Below are positions 47,809 to 56,785 of a DNA stretch of 64,000 bases, piece after piece. The position numbers were made by a program, and so were the translations under genes. Each line of letters opens with the position of its first letter. Within the stretch, counting starts at the first letter, position 1. The stretch is taken from assembly GCA_963845455.1 (NCBI GenBank), contig CAWJSM010000001.1, forward strand, positions 56,302-120,301. Direction: 5' to 3'. The notes beneath the pieces are model-generated. The model was not told where the DNA came from. It did not search any database and saw only the letters and a program-made list of their open reading frames with translations. This stretch comes from Vulcanimicrobiota bacterium (GTDB lineage: Bacteria > Vulcanimicrobiota > Vulcanimicrobiia > Vulcanimicrobiales > Vulcanimicrobiaceae).

Positions 47809-48540
47809 ACCGGCGCGTCTTCGTCGTCGTCGGCGCGAAGGGCGGCGTCGGCGCGACCACGATCGCGGTCAAGCTGATCGAAGAGTTGCCGGCCGCGGGG
47901 AACGCGTGATCGTCGACGCCGATCTGGCCGGAAGACGAAGTCTCGCGGTCTGGTACGACCTCAGCGTCGATCTCGACGTCGGTCGCGTCATCGGTGCACC
48001 GGCGTGGCAAAGCGAAGGTCGGCCAGCTCGTGATGGAACTCGCGCGGACCTACGAGGACGGCTTCATCCAGACCGCGGAATCGGTCGTACGCTCGATCGA
48101 ACGGTTGCCGGAACAGGCCTTCATCGTCGTCGATGCGCCGCAGCCGTTTGCCGCGACGGTCCGGCCGTTCATGGCCCGGGCGTCCAAAATCATCTTGATC
48201 ACCGAACCGACGCTGATGGGCATCGGCGCGGCGCGGGCGATGCTCTCGGCCATGGATCGCTTCGGCGTTCCGCTGTCGCGCCTCGCGTTCGTCCTCAACG
48301 AAGTCCGCGAATGCGGGAGACTTGCGGCGCAGCGACATCGAACACGCCCTGCGCATCGCGGTCGAGCGCCGACTTGCCGAACGATCGCGACCGGAAGTTC
48401 GGGAAGACTTCGCGGGCTTCGTCGACGCTGCTGGCGGCGTCGCCGCCGTCGAAATGCTCGACAACTTACGCCAGTCGACGGAAAAGCCGATCGGCGACCG
48501 GCGCGAGCCGCGCGCCTGCGGCTGGCGACTGCCGTCGCGG
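47805..48540 (+). pseudogene. cpaE: TadZ/CpaE-like ParA/MinD-fold protein, copy 2 (several frame changes; 3' end approximate)
   Basis: VNRRVFVVVGAKGGVGATTIAVKL.., ..VIVDADLAGRRSLAVWYDL.., ..AFIVVDAPQPFAATVRPFMARASKIILITEPTLMGIGAARAM... Colinear with copy 1 at both protein and DNA level. Confidence 0.65.
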
Positions 48541-49895
48541 TCCCCGCCTCCGGCGACGACGCCGCGCCGCCCTCACGATCTTCGGCCGCGTCGACGACCT
48601 CAAAACAGAGCTCCACGCGCTGATCTTGACCCGGATCGATTTTTTCACCGCCGGGCGCGCGGACACGGACGCGAAGAAACACGCCGAACTGCGCGATCAG
48701 ATCGAGAAGATCGCCACGGAATTCCTCGCCGCGAGAAGCGACGTCAAGACGGCGGAAGACGCGGCCCGCATCCGGCGCGAGGTGATCGAAGAGGCGCTCG
48801 GCCTCGGCCCGCTCGAGAGCTTGCTGCACGAAGACGGACGTCACGGAAATCATGGTCAACGGACACGAAAACGTCTTCGTCGAGCGCAACGGCCGCGTCG
48901 AACGCACCACCAAACGATTCGTCGACAATCGCCAGGTGCGGCTCGTCATCGAACGCATCATCGCCCCGATCGGCCGGCGCCTCGATGAATCGAGCCCGAT
49001 GGTCGACGCGCGCCTGCCCGACGGCTCGCGCGTCAACGCCGTCATCGAGCCGCTCTCGATCGACGGGCCGACGCTCACGATCCGGCGTTTCGGGACGAAG
49101 CGTCTGCACGTCGAAGACCTGATCGAAGCTCGGCGCGATGACGCCGCCCGTGATGGATTTGCTGCGCGCCGCCGTCGAGGCGCGCCAGAACATTCTCGTC
49201 ACCGGCGGCACCGGCTCCGGCAAGACCACGCTGCTCAACGTGCTGTCGGGTTTCATCCCGCGCGCGGAACGCATCGTGACGATCGAAGACGCCGCGGAGC
49301 TGAAGCTCGATCAGCCGCACGTCGTGCGGCTCGAAACCCGTCCGCCGAACATCGAGGGCACCGGCGGCGTCACGATCCGCGATCTCGTGCGCAACGCGCT
49401 GCGCATGCGGCCCGACCGCATCATCATCGGCGAGTGCCGCGGCGGCGAAGCGCTCGACATGCTGCAGGCGATGAACACGGGGCACGACGGCTCGCTCGAC
49501 GACGATCCACGCCAACTCCCCGCGCGACGCGCTCTCGCGCGTCGAAACCATGGTCATGATGGCGGGCTACGAGCTTCCGCTGCGCGCGATCCGCCAGCAG
49601 ACCGCGAGCGCGATCGACCTCGTCATCCAAGTCGCGCGGCTGCGCGACGGCGCCGCGGAGCGTGATCGGCGTCAGCGAGGTCATCGGCATGGAGGGCGAC
49701 ATCGATCACGATGCAGGAGATCGTCAAGTACCAGCAACGCGGCTGAGCCCGCAAGGCAAGGTCATCGGAGACTTCGAGCCGACGGGCGTGCAGCCGATGT
49801 GCCTGAAGCGTTTCGAAGAGCTGGGCGTGCACTTCGACCCCGTCATCTTCAACTCGATGCCGGCGGGACAGCCGGAGGTCGCATGGTCGCGCTAG
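48540..49895 (+). pseudogene. cpaF: CpaF/TadA secretion ATPase (at least five frame changes; 5' end approximate)
   Basis: ..[31 protein letters not shown].., Walker [13 protein letters not shown], ..[32 protein letters not shown].., ..[18 protein letters not shown]... Pieces are spread over all three frames. TAG at 49893-49895. Confidence 0.88.
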
Positions 49896-50748
49896 CGCCG
49901 ATTGCGATCATCTTCGGTATCCTCGGAACGCTGGCGTTCGTCATCGCCTCGTTCTGGGATCAGATCGCCCTAGAGCATTACAACGTTCGGCGACGGCTTT
50001 CGGTCCGACCTCGAACTCGCCGGAATGCGCATCGCGCCGGAGAGGTATGGCCTGGCGATGATCGGGATCGGCGCTCGGAGTGTGGACCGCCTCGGTCCTG
50101 CTGCTGCGGCCCGGCTTGCTCGCCGGAATCGTCTTGCTGCTCGTCTTCGGCAGGTGCGACGGTGTATGGTGCCGGCTGGTACATGCGGATGCGGCGCAAA
50201 GGGCGCGTCCGGAAGTTTCAGGATCAACTGGAACAGGCACTGCGGTCGCTTGCCGGCGGGGTTCGCGTCGGACTCGGCATACGCCAAGCGTTCGTCATGA
50301 CGGCCGATGAGAGCCGCGACCCCTTGCGAGCGGAGTTCACGCGCGTCGTCGGTCTCAACAACGTCGGGCGTGAGCATTCTGGACGCCTTCGACCAGATGG
50401 CCGCTCGTATGACGAACCCGGAGACCGCCATGCTCGCGCGCGTGCTGCGCGTTCAATCCCAGACGGGCGGCAACCTCGGCAGCGTCCTCGTCGGCCTGGC
50501 GGATACGATTCGCGACCGGCGCCGTCTTTTGCGCCGCGTCAGCGCGATCACCGCTCAGGGCCGCGCGACGGGTTGGCTGCTGGGTCTTCTCCCGGTCGCG
50601 CTCGGCGCATTTCTCGCCGTGGCCGAGCCGACGCTGCGCGAATCGATGCTCTTCACGCCGGTCGGCCAGCTCTTTCTCGCGGCTCGCGCTGGGTCTCGAC
50701 GCACTCTCGATTTTCACCATCATGAAGATCGTGCAGATCGATCCATGA
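49883..50748 (+). pseudogene. tadB: TadB (T2SSF-family inner-membrane platform protein) (several frame changes)
   Basis: ATG 49883 after GGAGG. MVALAPIAIIFGILGTLAFVIASF... ..FQDQLEQALRSLAGGVRVGLGIRQAF.. ..ILDAFDQMAARM.. ..VLRVQSQTGGNLGSVLVGLADTIRDR... ATGA junction with tadC. Confidence 0.75.
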
Positions 50749-51599
50749 CCGACGTTGCTCCCTTCGTGATCGCCGCTCATCGGCGCGCTCTCGATTTTCC
50801 TCATCGCGATTTCGATGACTCCGTCGAAGAACGCCCTCAGATCGCGGATCCGAAAGCTGGAACGCACCGACGAGCATGCTTCGCAGCACACCGTCATCAT
50901 CAACCAAATCGTCAGCGCCGAGCACAAATCGACGCTGCAGAACCGCCTGAACGAGGCCGGGTGGTACGAGGTGACGCCGGCGGCCCTGGCCCTCCGGGGT
51001 CTTGGTGCGTACGGCATCGGCATCAGCGTCGCCGCGCTGCTCATCATCTTCCTCCACAACAACGTGCTCGGCGGGACGATCGGCGTCCTCATCGCGCTGA
51101 TCGGCTGGCGCGTCCCGAGCATCTTCCTCTCGCGCGCCATCAAGGTCCGCAAGGAATCGATCGGGCGCGCTTGCCGGAGTTCCTCGATCTACTCTCGACC
51201 ACCGGTTCAGGCGGGCCTCGTCGCTCAATGCGGCGATGATCGAGTCGGCTCGGCGCGAGCGAGCGGCCCCCTGCATGCCGAACTGACGCTCGACGCTCTC
51301 CGAAATTCGGCTCGGCCGCTCGCGCGAGGAAGCATTGAACGCGATGGCCGACCGCGTGAACGAAAACTCGTTGACCATGACGGTTTCCGCGATCGTGCAG
51401 GCCGAGAAGCTCGGTTCGGACCTCGCGTCCATCCTGCACGAACTCGCCAAGGAGTCGCGCGACCGGCGCTGGATGCGGGCGGAAGAGAAGGCGGCGCAGC
51501 TGCCGATCAAGATGATCATTCCGATGGCGCTGTTCATGATTCCCTCGCTGTACCTGATGATCTTCGGTCCCGTCATCGCCCAATTCGTCGAGCAAGTAG
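50745..51599 (+). pseudogene. tadC: TadC (T2SSF-family platform protein) (several frame changes; 3' end uncertain)
   Basis: MTDVAPFVIAA.., ..LPEFLDLLSTTVQAGLSLNAAM.., ..EALNAMADRVNENSLTMTVSAIVQAEKLGSDLASILHELAKESRDRRWMRAEEKAAQLPIKMIIPMALFMIPSLYLMIFGPVI... Confidence 0.75.
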
Positions 51600-52225
51600 T
51601 GTTGCTGCTGCTACTCTCGGCCTTCGTCGGCGCGCTGCTCTTCGGCGCGGCCGGCTTGCCGGCAGTCGTGGCCGAATGGTGGTACGGCTCCGTCGAGCCG
51701 GAAGCCGACGGACCTCCGCCGCTTGCCGTGCCGGCTGGATCTTCGTCGTCGTTCCCGCGTGCATCGGCTCGGCCGTCGGAATCCACGGCGCCGAGCCCGC
51801 GCGCTGGCGATTCTAGTCCTCGCCGTGTTGGCGTTGAGCGTTTGCGCGGCCACCGATGCGCGCACCGGTATGCTCCCGGATCTCTTCACGCTCGGCCCGC
51901 TGGCCGCGCTGCTCGCACTCGCGCTGCCGCACCGTGATTGGCTGCCGCTCGCGGGCGCGCTGTTCGCCTTGCTGCCGTTTGCGGCCCGGCCGCGTTTGCC
52001 TCACGCGGCCGTGGCATGGGCTGGGGAGACGTCAAGCTCGCCGCATTCGGCGGTGCCCTCGTCGGAATCGGCGGCATCACGTTCGCCGTTACGCTTGCCG
52101 CGGCCGCGGCCTACTTCGTGTTCGCGGTAACCGGGCGCGCGCGCCGGCCGATCGCGTTCGGTCCCTACCTCGCGGTCGCGATCGGAGCGTTTCTGCTATT
52201 CGGCAGCGCGTTGCCTAGCCTATGA
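51599..52225 (+). pseudogene. A24-family prepilin peptidase, copy 2 (frame changes; start approximate)
   Basis: ..LAILVLAVLALSVCAATDARTGMLPDLFTLGPLAALL.. (first Asp box) and ..GMGWGDVKLAAFGGALVGIGG..RPIAFGPYLAVAIGAFLLF.. (second Asp box). It follows tadC directly. Confidence 0.65.
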
Positions 52226-52635
52226 TTCTACGCAATTCCACGACGAATGCGATCGTCGCGACGCGCATAAAGCGGTTGACCGGGCTCGTCGAGCGGGCCG
52301 TCGGTTTGCTTGGACGCGCGCGCATCGGGCGCGACGAAGGCGTGTGGTTGTCAGCGAGTCGCGCGATACACACGGTGGGGATGCGGCAGGCCATCGATGT
52401 GATGTTCGTCGACGGCGCGGGCGTCGTGCTGCGCATTTGCCGCGACGTGCAGCCCAATTGCCTGATGCTGGTCTGCCGCCGGGCGCGGGCCGTGGTGGAA
52501 CTGGGCGGCGGGGCGCTCGACGCGGGCGACGTCACGCTCGGCGACCGGCTCGAACTCATTGCCGAGGGATCCGCGCAGCAGTTGCGTGCGGACGGTTTCG
52601 AACAGGTCGGCGCACGCGATAACGTGCGCTGCTAG
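52222..52635 (+). CDS. DUF192-family protein (last gene of the flp operon; 3' end probably over-extended)
   Basis: ATGA junction with the preceding gene. ..LTGLVERAVGLLGRARIGRDEGVWLSASRAIHTVGMRQAIDVMFVDGAGVVLRI..AVVELGGGALDAGDVTLGDRLEL.. fits my recollection of DUF192. The final ~25 codons overlap the convergent regulator. Confidence 0.55.
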   Translation: MILRNSTTNAIVATRIKRLTGLVERAVGLLGRARIGRDEGVWLSASRAIHTVGMRQAIDVMFVDGAGVVLRICRDVQPNCLMLVCRRARAVVELGGGALDAGDVTLGDRLELIAEGSAQQLRADGFEQVGARDNVRC

Positions 52636-53952
52636 TTGCGGTTCGGCCGCTTCGGAGGCCAGCAACGCGCCGGCGTGGAGGCGTTCGGCCTGCCGGTAGT
52701 GCTCGCGAGCGGCGAGCCGATCACCGTTCGCGTACTCGGTTGCCGCGCATTCGGCATATTCCCGGAACAAGCGCACATCGATCGAGACCCAGTCGAGGTC
52801 GAGCGCGATCGAGTTGCCGACGCTGATGTACCGGCCGGCTTCGCGTCCCGCGGCCTCGGCCAGCGCGCGGCGCAGCCGCCATAACGTGCTGCGGAGGCCT
52901 TGCGATGCGACCGCCGGAGACGCGTCCGGCCAGAACGTGAGCAGCAACTCGGCGCGCGTAACCGCGGCGTCCGCCGCCAAGGCAATGTAGGTGAGGACGT
53001 TTTGATCGCGGCGGCGATCGAAGGTGACCGATCGCTGCGCCACGCGGCAGGAGAAGCGGCCGAGCAGCGTGATGACGAGCCGCCCATGCAGATTCTCAGC
53101 GGGCGCGGCGTCCGGCCGTTCGCCGCCGATTTGGGCGAATAAGCGATACGGTCGGAAACTCGGGCGCATGCGAACGATCGGATAACCGATGGCCTCGAGC
53201 CGCTCGAGAACGCGTTGCGAGGCCGGATCGTCCAGTGACCGGAGTGCCGCTACGAACGCCTCGGTCGATCGGGTATCGTGGTGCTGCGCGGCGACCAGCT
53301 CGATGACCATATGGCCGTTGCGCTCGCGCCAGATCTCAAACGCTCCGCGCAGGCGACGCCCCTCGCGCGCGGCGTCACGGATGATCCAAGCAACGATCAG
53401 CGGCCATCCGTCGGTGTCGTACTTGAGCTGCTCGACGTCCATCTGATCGCATTCAACGCCATGCGCGTTCGCAAGATCGGCGATTTCGCTCGAACTGAAT
53501 GAAAGCAATGACGAGTCGACGACCGCCGCCAGGCCGCGGGCCACCATCGCTTGAGCGTGCATCTGCGTGCGCGAAGATCCGGCCAGCAAATAGTGGCTGC
53601 CGTACGGCCAGTTAGCCTCGATGATTTCGAAGAGCGCTTCGCTTCCGGCCGGCGAGAGTTGGTCGAATTGATCGATCAAGGTCAAACCGACGCTCGTCGG
53701 CGCACCAAGACCCGCCACGACCTGCAGGCGCGAGGCATGGGGCGGCAGCCTGACGACGTTGACGCGCCGGTCCTGCATGGCAAACTGCCGCAGGGCCGTC
53801 GATTTGCCGCCGCCGTGCGGCGCACAGATCATCCGGACCGGCGCAAAGCTCGATCGCGTAAGGAGCTCGAGGACTCGCGGCCTGAGGATCTCAATGCCAA
53901 GTTCCCGGCGCAGTGTAAGTGCCGGCGCGCTCGATAGTCGCTGCTCTCGCAA
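52351..53952 (-). CDS. P-loop NTPase + winged-helix + BTAD (SARP/AfsR-like) transcriptional regulator
   Basis: TTG 53952. Walker A ..MICAPHGGGKSTALRQF... wHTH ..ITLLGRFSCRVAQRSVTFDRRRDQNVLTYIALAADAAVTRAELLLTFWPD..LRSTLWRLRRAL... BTAD start ..DVRLFREYAE... The last ~70-95 codons overlap DUF192 antisense and look non-native (alternative-frame TGA at 52566-52568). Confidence 0.7.
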   Translation of the reverse strand: MREQRLSSAPALTLRRELGIEILRPRVLELLTRSSFAPVRMICAPHGGGKSTALRQFAMQDRRVNVVRLPPHASRLQVVAGLGAPTSVGLTLIDQFDQLSPAGSEALFEIIEANWPYGSHYLLAGSSRTQMHAQAMVARGLAAVVDSSLLSFSSSEIADLANAHGVECDQMDVEQLKYDTDGWPLIVAWIIRDAAREGRRLRGAFEIWRERNGHMVIELVAAQHHDTRSTEAFVAALRSLDDPASQRVLERLEAIGYPIVRMRPSFRPYRLFAQIGGERPDAAPAENLHGRLVITLLGRFSCRVAQRSVTFDRRRDQNVLTYIALAADAAVTRAELLLTFWPDASPAVASQGLRSTLWRLRRALAEAAGREAGRYISVGNSIALDLDWVSIDVRLFREYAECAATEYANGDRLAAREHYRQAERLHAGALLASEAAEPQLAAHVIACADLFETVRTQLLRGSLGNEFEPVAERDVARVERPAAQFHHGPRPAADQHQAIGLHVAANAQHDARAVDEHHIDGLPHPHRVYRATR

Positions 53953-54008
53953 CGTTTACTCACTTCACATCGTCTCCAGCGGAGACGAAGCAACACCCGT
54001 ACGCATGC

Positions 54009-54024
54009 GTGTGACAGGTCACAC
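54009..54024. promoter_or_regulatory. perfect 16-bp palindrome, candidate operator
   Basis: GTGTGAC-AG-GTCACAC in the lower-GC divergent region between the regulator (start 53952) and the small ORF at 54170. Confidence 0.35.
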
Positions 54025-54169
54025 TCAAGCACCATTAATGTGTACCCTGCTCCGAACGAACACAAACCCCCCTGTGGATCGCTGCCACGGCGAGCATCCG
54101 CGACCGAGCGTACCGACAAGCTTTTTTTCGCAGCGCATAAATGACGTACCGAGACGTTAGGAATTATTT

Positions 54170-54430
54170 ATGCATCAGCCCGTCAAGCGAGCGCTTGTCG
54201 AACCAATGGATGACTTCGAGCGCCACCAACTCCACGAGATCTTGCGCGATCTCGCCTCCCAACTTTATGCCATGAGCGCCGAAAACGTCGAAATGTCGAA
54301 GAGCGAGCAGTTAGGTAACCTGCTCTCCAAAGACGATTACAATCGGCGAGTGATCAATCGCGAGCGGATGACCCAAATCGAGGACCTCATCACGGGCGTC
54401 ACCGAGAACCTCGTTCGCGACCGCGCGTAA
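54170..54430 (+). CDS. hypothetical small acidic protein (86 aa)
   Basis: ORF only. Lower GC than its surroundings. AGGA 12 nt upstream of the ATG. I recognise no family. Confidence 0.4.
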   Translation: MHQPVKRALVEPMDDFERHQLHEILRDLASQLYAMSAENVEMSKSEQLGNLLSKDDYNRRVINRERMTQIEDLITGVTENLVRDRA

Positions 54431-54519
54431 GCCTACGAGGCCGCGGCTCCGGCGAGGGCCTATTGCGTTCTAAGCGCGTTCTCAGGATGCTTTACGCTCG
54501 GAGGCGTAACGTGCGTGGC

Positions 54520-55038
54520 ATGAAGCGCTTGTGGATGCTCTGTTCTCTCGGCTTGCTGCTTGCGGTTCCGGCCGCCGCGTTCGCCCAGCAAGGTCCGCCC
54601 GGCATGGGCGGCCCGCCCACGCCGCAGCAGCAGGCGGCGCTGGAGAAGGTGCGCGCCGATGCCAAGGCCGCCGCGTATGGGGCGCTCACGCCGGCGCATG
54701 CGGCGAGCGTCAACGCGATCGTCGCGCAGGTTGCGGCGGGGACGCTCGACCGTCGCGCGGCGAGCGGACAAATTGACGCGCTGCTCACGCCCGACGAGCA
54801 GAAAGCCGTGCTTGCCGCGATGACCAAGTCGCGCGAGGCCATGCGCGCCGCGATGGGCGGTGCGGGTGGCCCGCCGCCCGGGGGTCCGCCGCCGGGAGCC
54901 GGGCCGCCGCCGGGGGGACCGCCCGGAGGCGGGCGCTTTGGTCCGCCGTCGGCGGGACGGTTCTTGCTGATGATCTCGATGTCGCCGCGGCAAATGCGCG
55001 GACTTCAGCCCCGCGCGCGGAGCAGCTCCGCGCCCTAA
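54520..55038 (+). CDS. secreted Gly/Pro-rich protein with LTxxQ-like motifs (Spy/CpxP-like?)
   Basis: ATG 54520: MKRLWMLCSLGLLLAVPAAAFAQQ signal. ..LTPAHAASV.. ..LTPDEQKAVL... GGPPPGGPPPGAGPPPGGPPGGG tract. Confidence 0.5.
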   Translation: MKRLWMLCSLGLLLAVPAAAFAQQGPPGMGGPPTPQQQAALEKVRADAKAAAYGALTPAHAASVNAIVAQVAAGTLDRRAASGQIDALLTPDEQKAVLAAMTKSREAMRAAMGGAGGPPPGGPPPGAGPPPGGPPGGGRFGPPSAGRFLLMISMSPRQMRGLQPRARSSSAP

Positions 55039-55045
55039 CCGCGAG

Positions 55046-55234
55046 CTACCAGAGCTCGCCCCCGCCGACGAGGAAATAGAGTATCGGGCCGACGCCCCAC
55101 AGGATGCCGGTGATCGCCCAAATGAGTTTCTGCGCGTCGTTGAGGTCGGTGCGGGCGAACAGGTTGATCCACATCAGCACCGCGGCGATCGGGTGGAGAA
55201 AGATCGAGAGCAGGATCTCGAGCAGCAACTTCAC
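55046..55234 (-). CDS. small membrane protein, PLD-nuclease N-terminal (PLDc_N) type
   Basis: GTG 55234: VKLLLEILLSIFLHPIAAVLMWINLFARTDLNDAQKLIWAITGILWGVGPILYFLVGG. Two TM helices. Confidence 0.5.
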   Translation of the reverse strand: MKLLLEILLSIFLHPIAAVLMWINLFARTDLNDAQKLIWAITGILWGVGPILYFLVGGGELW

Positions 55235-55256
55235 CCTCGTACCTACCGTCGTGCGG

Positions 55257-55907
55257 CTACGGAAGTTGCGTGAGCGTGCCGCGCTCGACGTGGAACGCCG
55301 GGCCGGGGAAAAGCTGGCGAGCACCCGGATCGTGGCTGACGAAAAGCGTCGGCACGTTCACTTGCTTGAGCATCGTTGCGAGCTCGCCGCGCACCAGCTT
55401 GCGCGTCGCGACGTCGAGCGCGGCGAGCGGTTCGTCGAGCAGCAGCGCCGCCGGTTTCACGACGAGCGCGCGCGCGAGCGCGACGCGTTGCCGCTGACCG
55501 CCGGAGAGTTCGGTGACGCGCGCACGCGCGAGCGTTCCGATGTCGAGCCGCTGCAGTTCGCGCATCACGCGTTCCTGACGTTCTTCCTTCGGCACGTTGC
55601 GCGCGCGCAAGCCGTACTCCACGTTGCCCGCGACGTCGTAGTGCGGGAAGAGCGCGTATTCCTGAAAGAGGATCGCGATGTTGCGTTTCGCGGGCGGCAC
55701 GAACAGCCGCTGCGCGGTGTCGGTGAGCGTTCGTCCGTCGAGGGCGACCGTGCCCGTTTTCGGACGGATCAAACCGGCGAGCAAACGGAGCAGCGTCGTC
55801 TTTCCCGCACCGCTCGGACCTTCGACGACGGTCACGCCGTTCGGCGCTTCGCCCGTTGCGTCGAATGAAAATTCGCGCAGTTCCATGTGCAGGTCGAACG
55901 TCAGCAT
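55257..55907 (-). CDS. modC: molybdate-type ABC transporter ATP-binding protein (short form, no TOBE domain)
   Basis: ATG 55907 overlaps the modB stop. GPSGAGKTT, LSGGQRQRVALARAL, LLLDEPLAALD. The call rests mainly on coupling to modB. Confidence 0.7.
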   Translation of the reverse strand: MLTFDLHMELREFSFDATGEAPNGVTVVEGPSGAGKTTLLRLLAGLIRPKTGTVALDGRTLTDTAQRLFVPPAKRNIAILFQEYALFPHYDVAGNVEYGLRARNVPKEERQERVMRELQRLDIGTLARARVTELSGGQRQRVALARALVVKPAALLLDEPLAALDVATRKLVRGELATMLKQVNVPTLFVSHDPGARQLFPGPAFHVERGTLTQLP

Positions 55908-56683
55908 CAGACCGGCCTGCGTTCCGCCGACGCTTGAACCGCGACGACGACGACGAGGCTGAAGAGAATGAGGATGACCGAGAGCACGACCGCAACCGGA
56001 AGATTGCCGCTTTCGAGGTTGAGGTACACCGCCAGCGGCAGCGTTTGCGAGACGCCTTGCAGATTGCCCGCGAACATGATCGTCGCGCCGAACTCGCCGA
56101 GCGCGCGCGCCCACGACAGCACGGCGCCGCCGATCAGCGCGGGCGCGGCCAGCGGAATCGTGATGAAGGCGAAGGTGCGCAGCGGACCCATGCCGAGGCT
56201 CGCGGAGGCGGCTTCGAGTGTGCGGTCCGTCGCGATGAAGCCGGCCCGCGCGGAGCGCACGTAGAACGGCGAAGCGACAAACGTCTGCGCCATGATGACC
56301 GCGATCGTACTAAACGAAAGCGAGATGCCGAGTGTGCCGAGCAGCGGTCCGAACGTGCCGTTGCGGCCGAAGGCGAGCAGGAGCGCGAGACCGGCCACGG
56401 CGGGCGGCACGACGATCGGCAAATCGACGATCGCGTCGACGAGCGAGCGAAACGGGAAGTTGCCGCGTGCGAGAACGTACGCAAGCGGGGTGCCCAGGCC
56501 CAGGGTTATAGCAAGCGAGCAGAGCGTCGTAATGATGCTCAGACGCAACGCCTGTTGCGCTGCAGCGGTCTGCAGGGCAGCGATGATATCGCCGGGCTGT
56601 AAATGGAAGAAGAGGCCGGTGAGCGGTAGCAGGATGAACGCGACGAGGATCGCAGCCGCCAGCACGACCGCCATGCGTATCAC
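55907..56683 (-). CDS. modB: molybdate ABC transporter permease
   Basis: ..LEAASASLGMGPLRTFAFITIPLAAPALIGGAVLSWARALGEFGATIMFAGNLQGVSQTLPLAVY.. is the ModB/CysT signature segment. Intact 258 aa. Confidence 0.85.
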   Translation of the reverse strand: MIRMAVVLAAAILVAFILLPLTGLFFHLQPGDIIAALQTAAAQQALRLSIITTLCSLAITLGLGTPLAYVLARGNFPFRSLVDAIVDLPIVVPPAVAGLALLLAFGRNGTFGPLLGTLGISLSFSTIAVIMAQTFVASPFYVRSARAGFIATDRTLEAASASLGMGPLRTFAFITIPLAAPALIGGAVLSWARALGEFGATIMFAGNLQGVSQTLPLAVYLNLESGNLPVAVVLSVILILFSLVVVVAVQASAERRPV

Positions 56684-56699
56684 GGGCGGTTTCGTTCGA

Positions 56700-56785
56700 G
56701 AAGTCGACCGTTTCCACTGCTCTCGGCCGGAGGCGAGGGCATTTTAGCCGAGCAAAGGACCGTCAGTGAAACGCGCGAACCGCTG
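56700..56785 (-). ncRNA. structured 5' leader of modBC (candidate riboswitch, class unverified)
   Basis: In minus sense, a long-range helix GUUUCACUG (56772-56764) / CAGUGGAAAC (56719-56710) encloses the hairpin CUCGGC..GCCGAG (56752-56747 / 56727-56722), whose loop contains GCCUCC. Confidence 0.25.

Noticed and set aside
41283-52225. Programmed ribosomal frameshifting or recoding as an explanation for the dense frame changes in the tad genes
   Set aside because: The same kind of break occurs in coaD, recG, hisIE and many unrelated genes. The breaks I could localise sit at short homopolymers without slippery heptamers or downstream structures. One case is a +1/-1 pair 11 nt apart. Sequencing or consensus error is far more parsimonious.
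54009-54024. CRP/FNR-type binding site (TGTGA..TCACA)
   Set aside because: The half-sites match, but the spacer is 4 nt instead of the canonical 6. I kept it only as a generic palindromic operator candidate.
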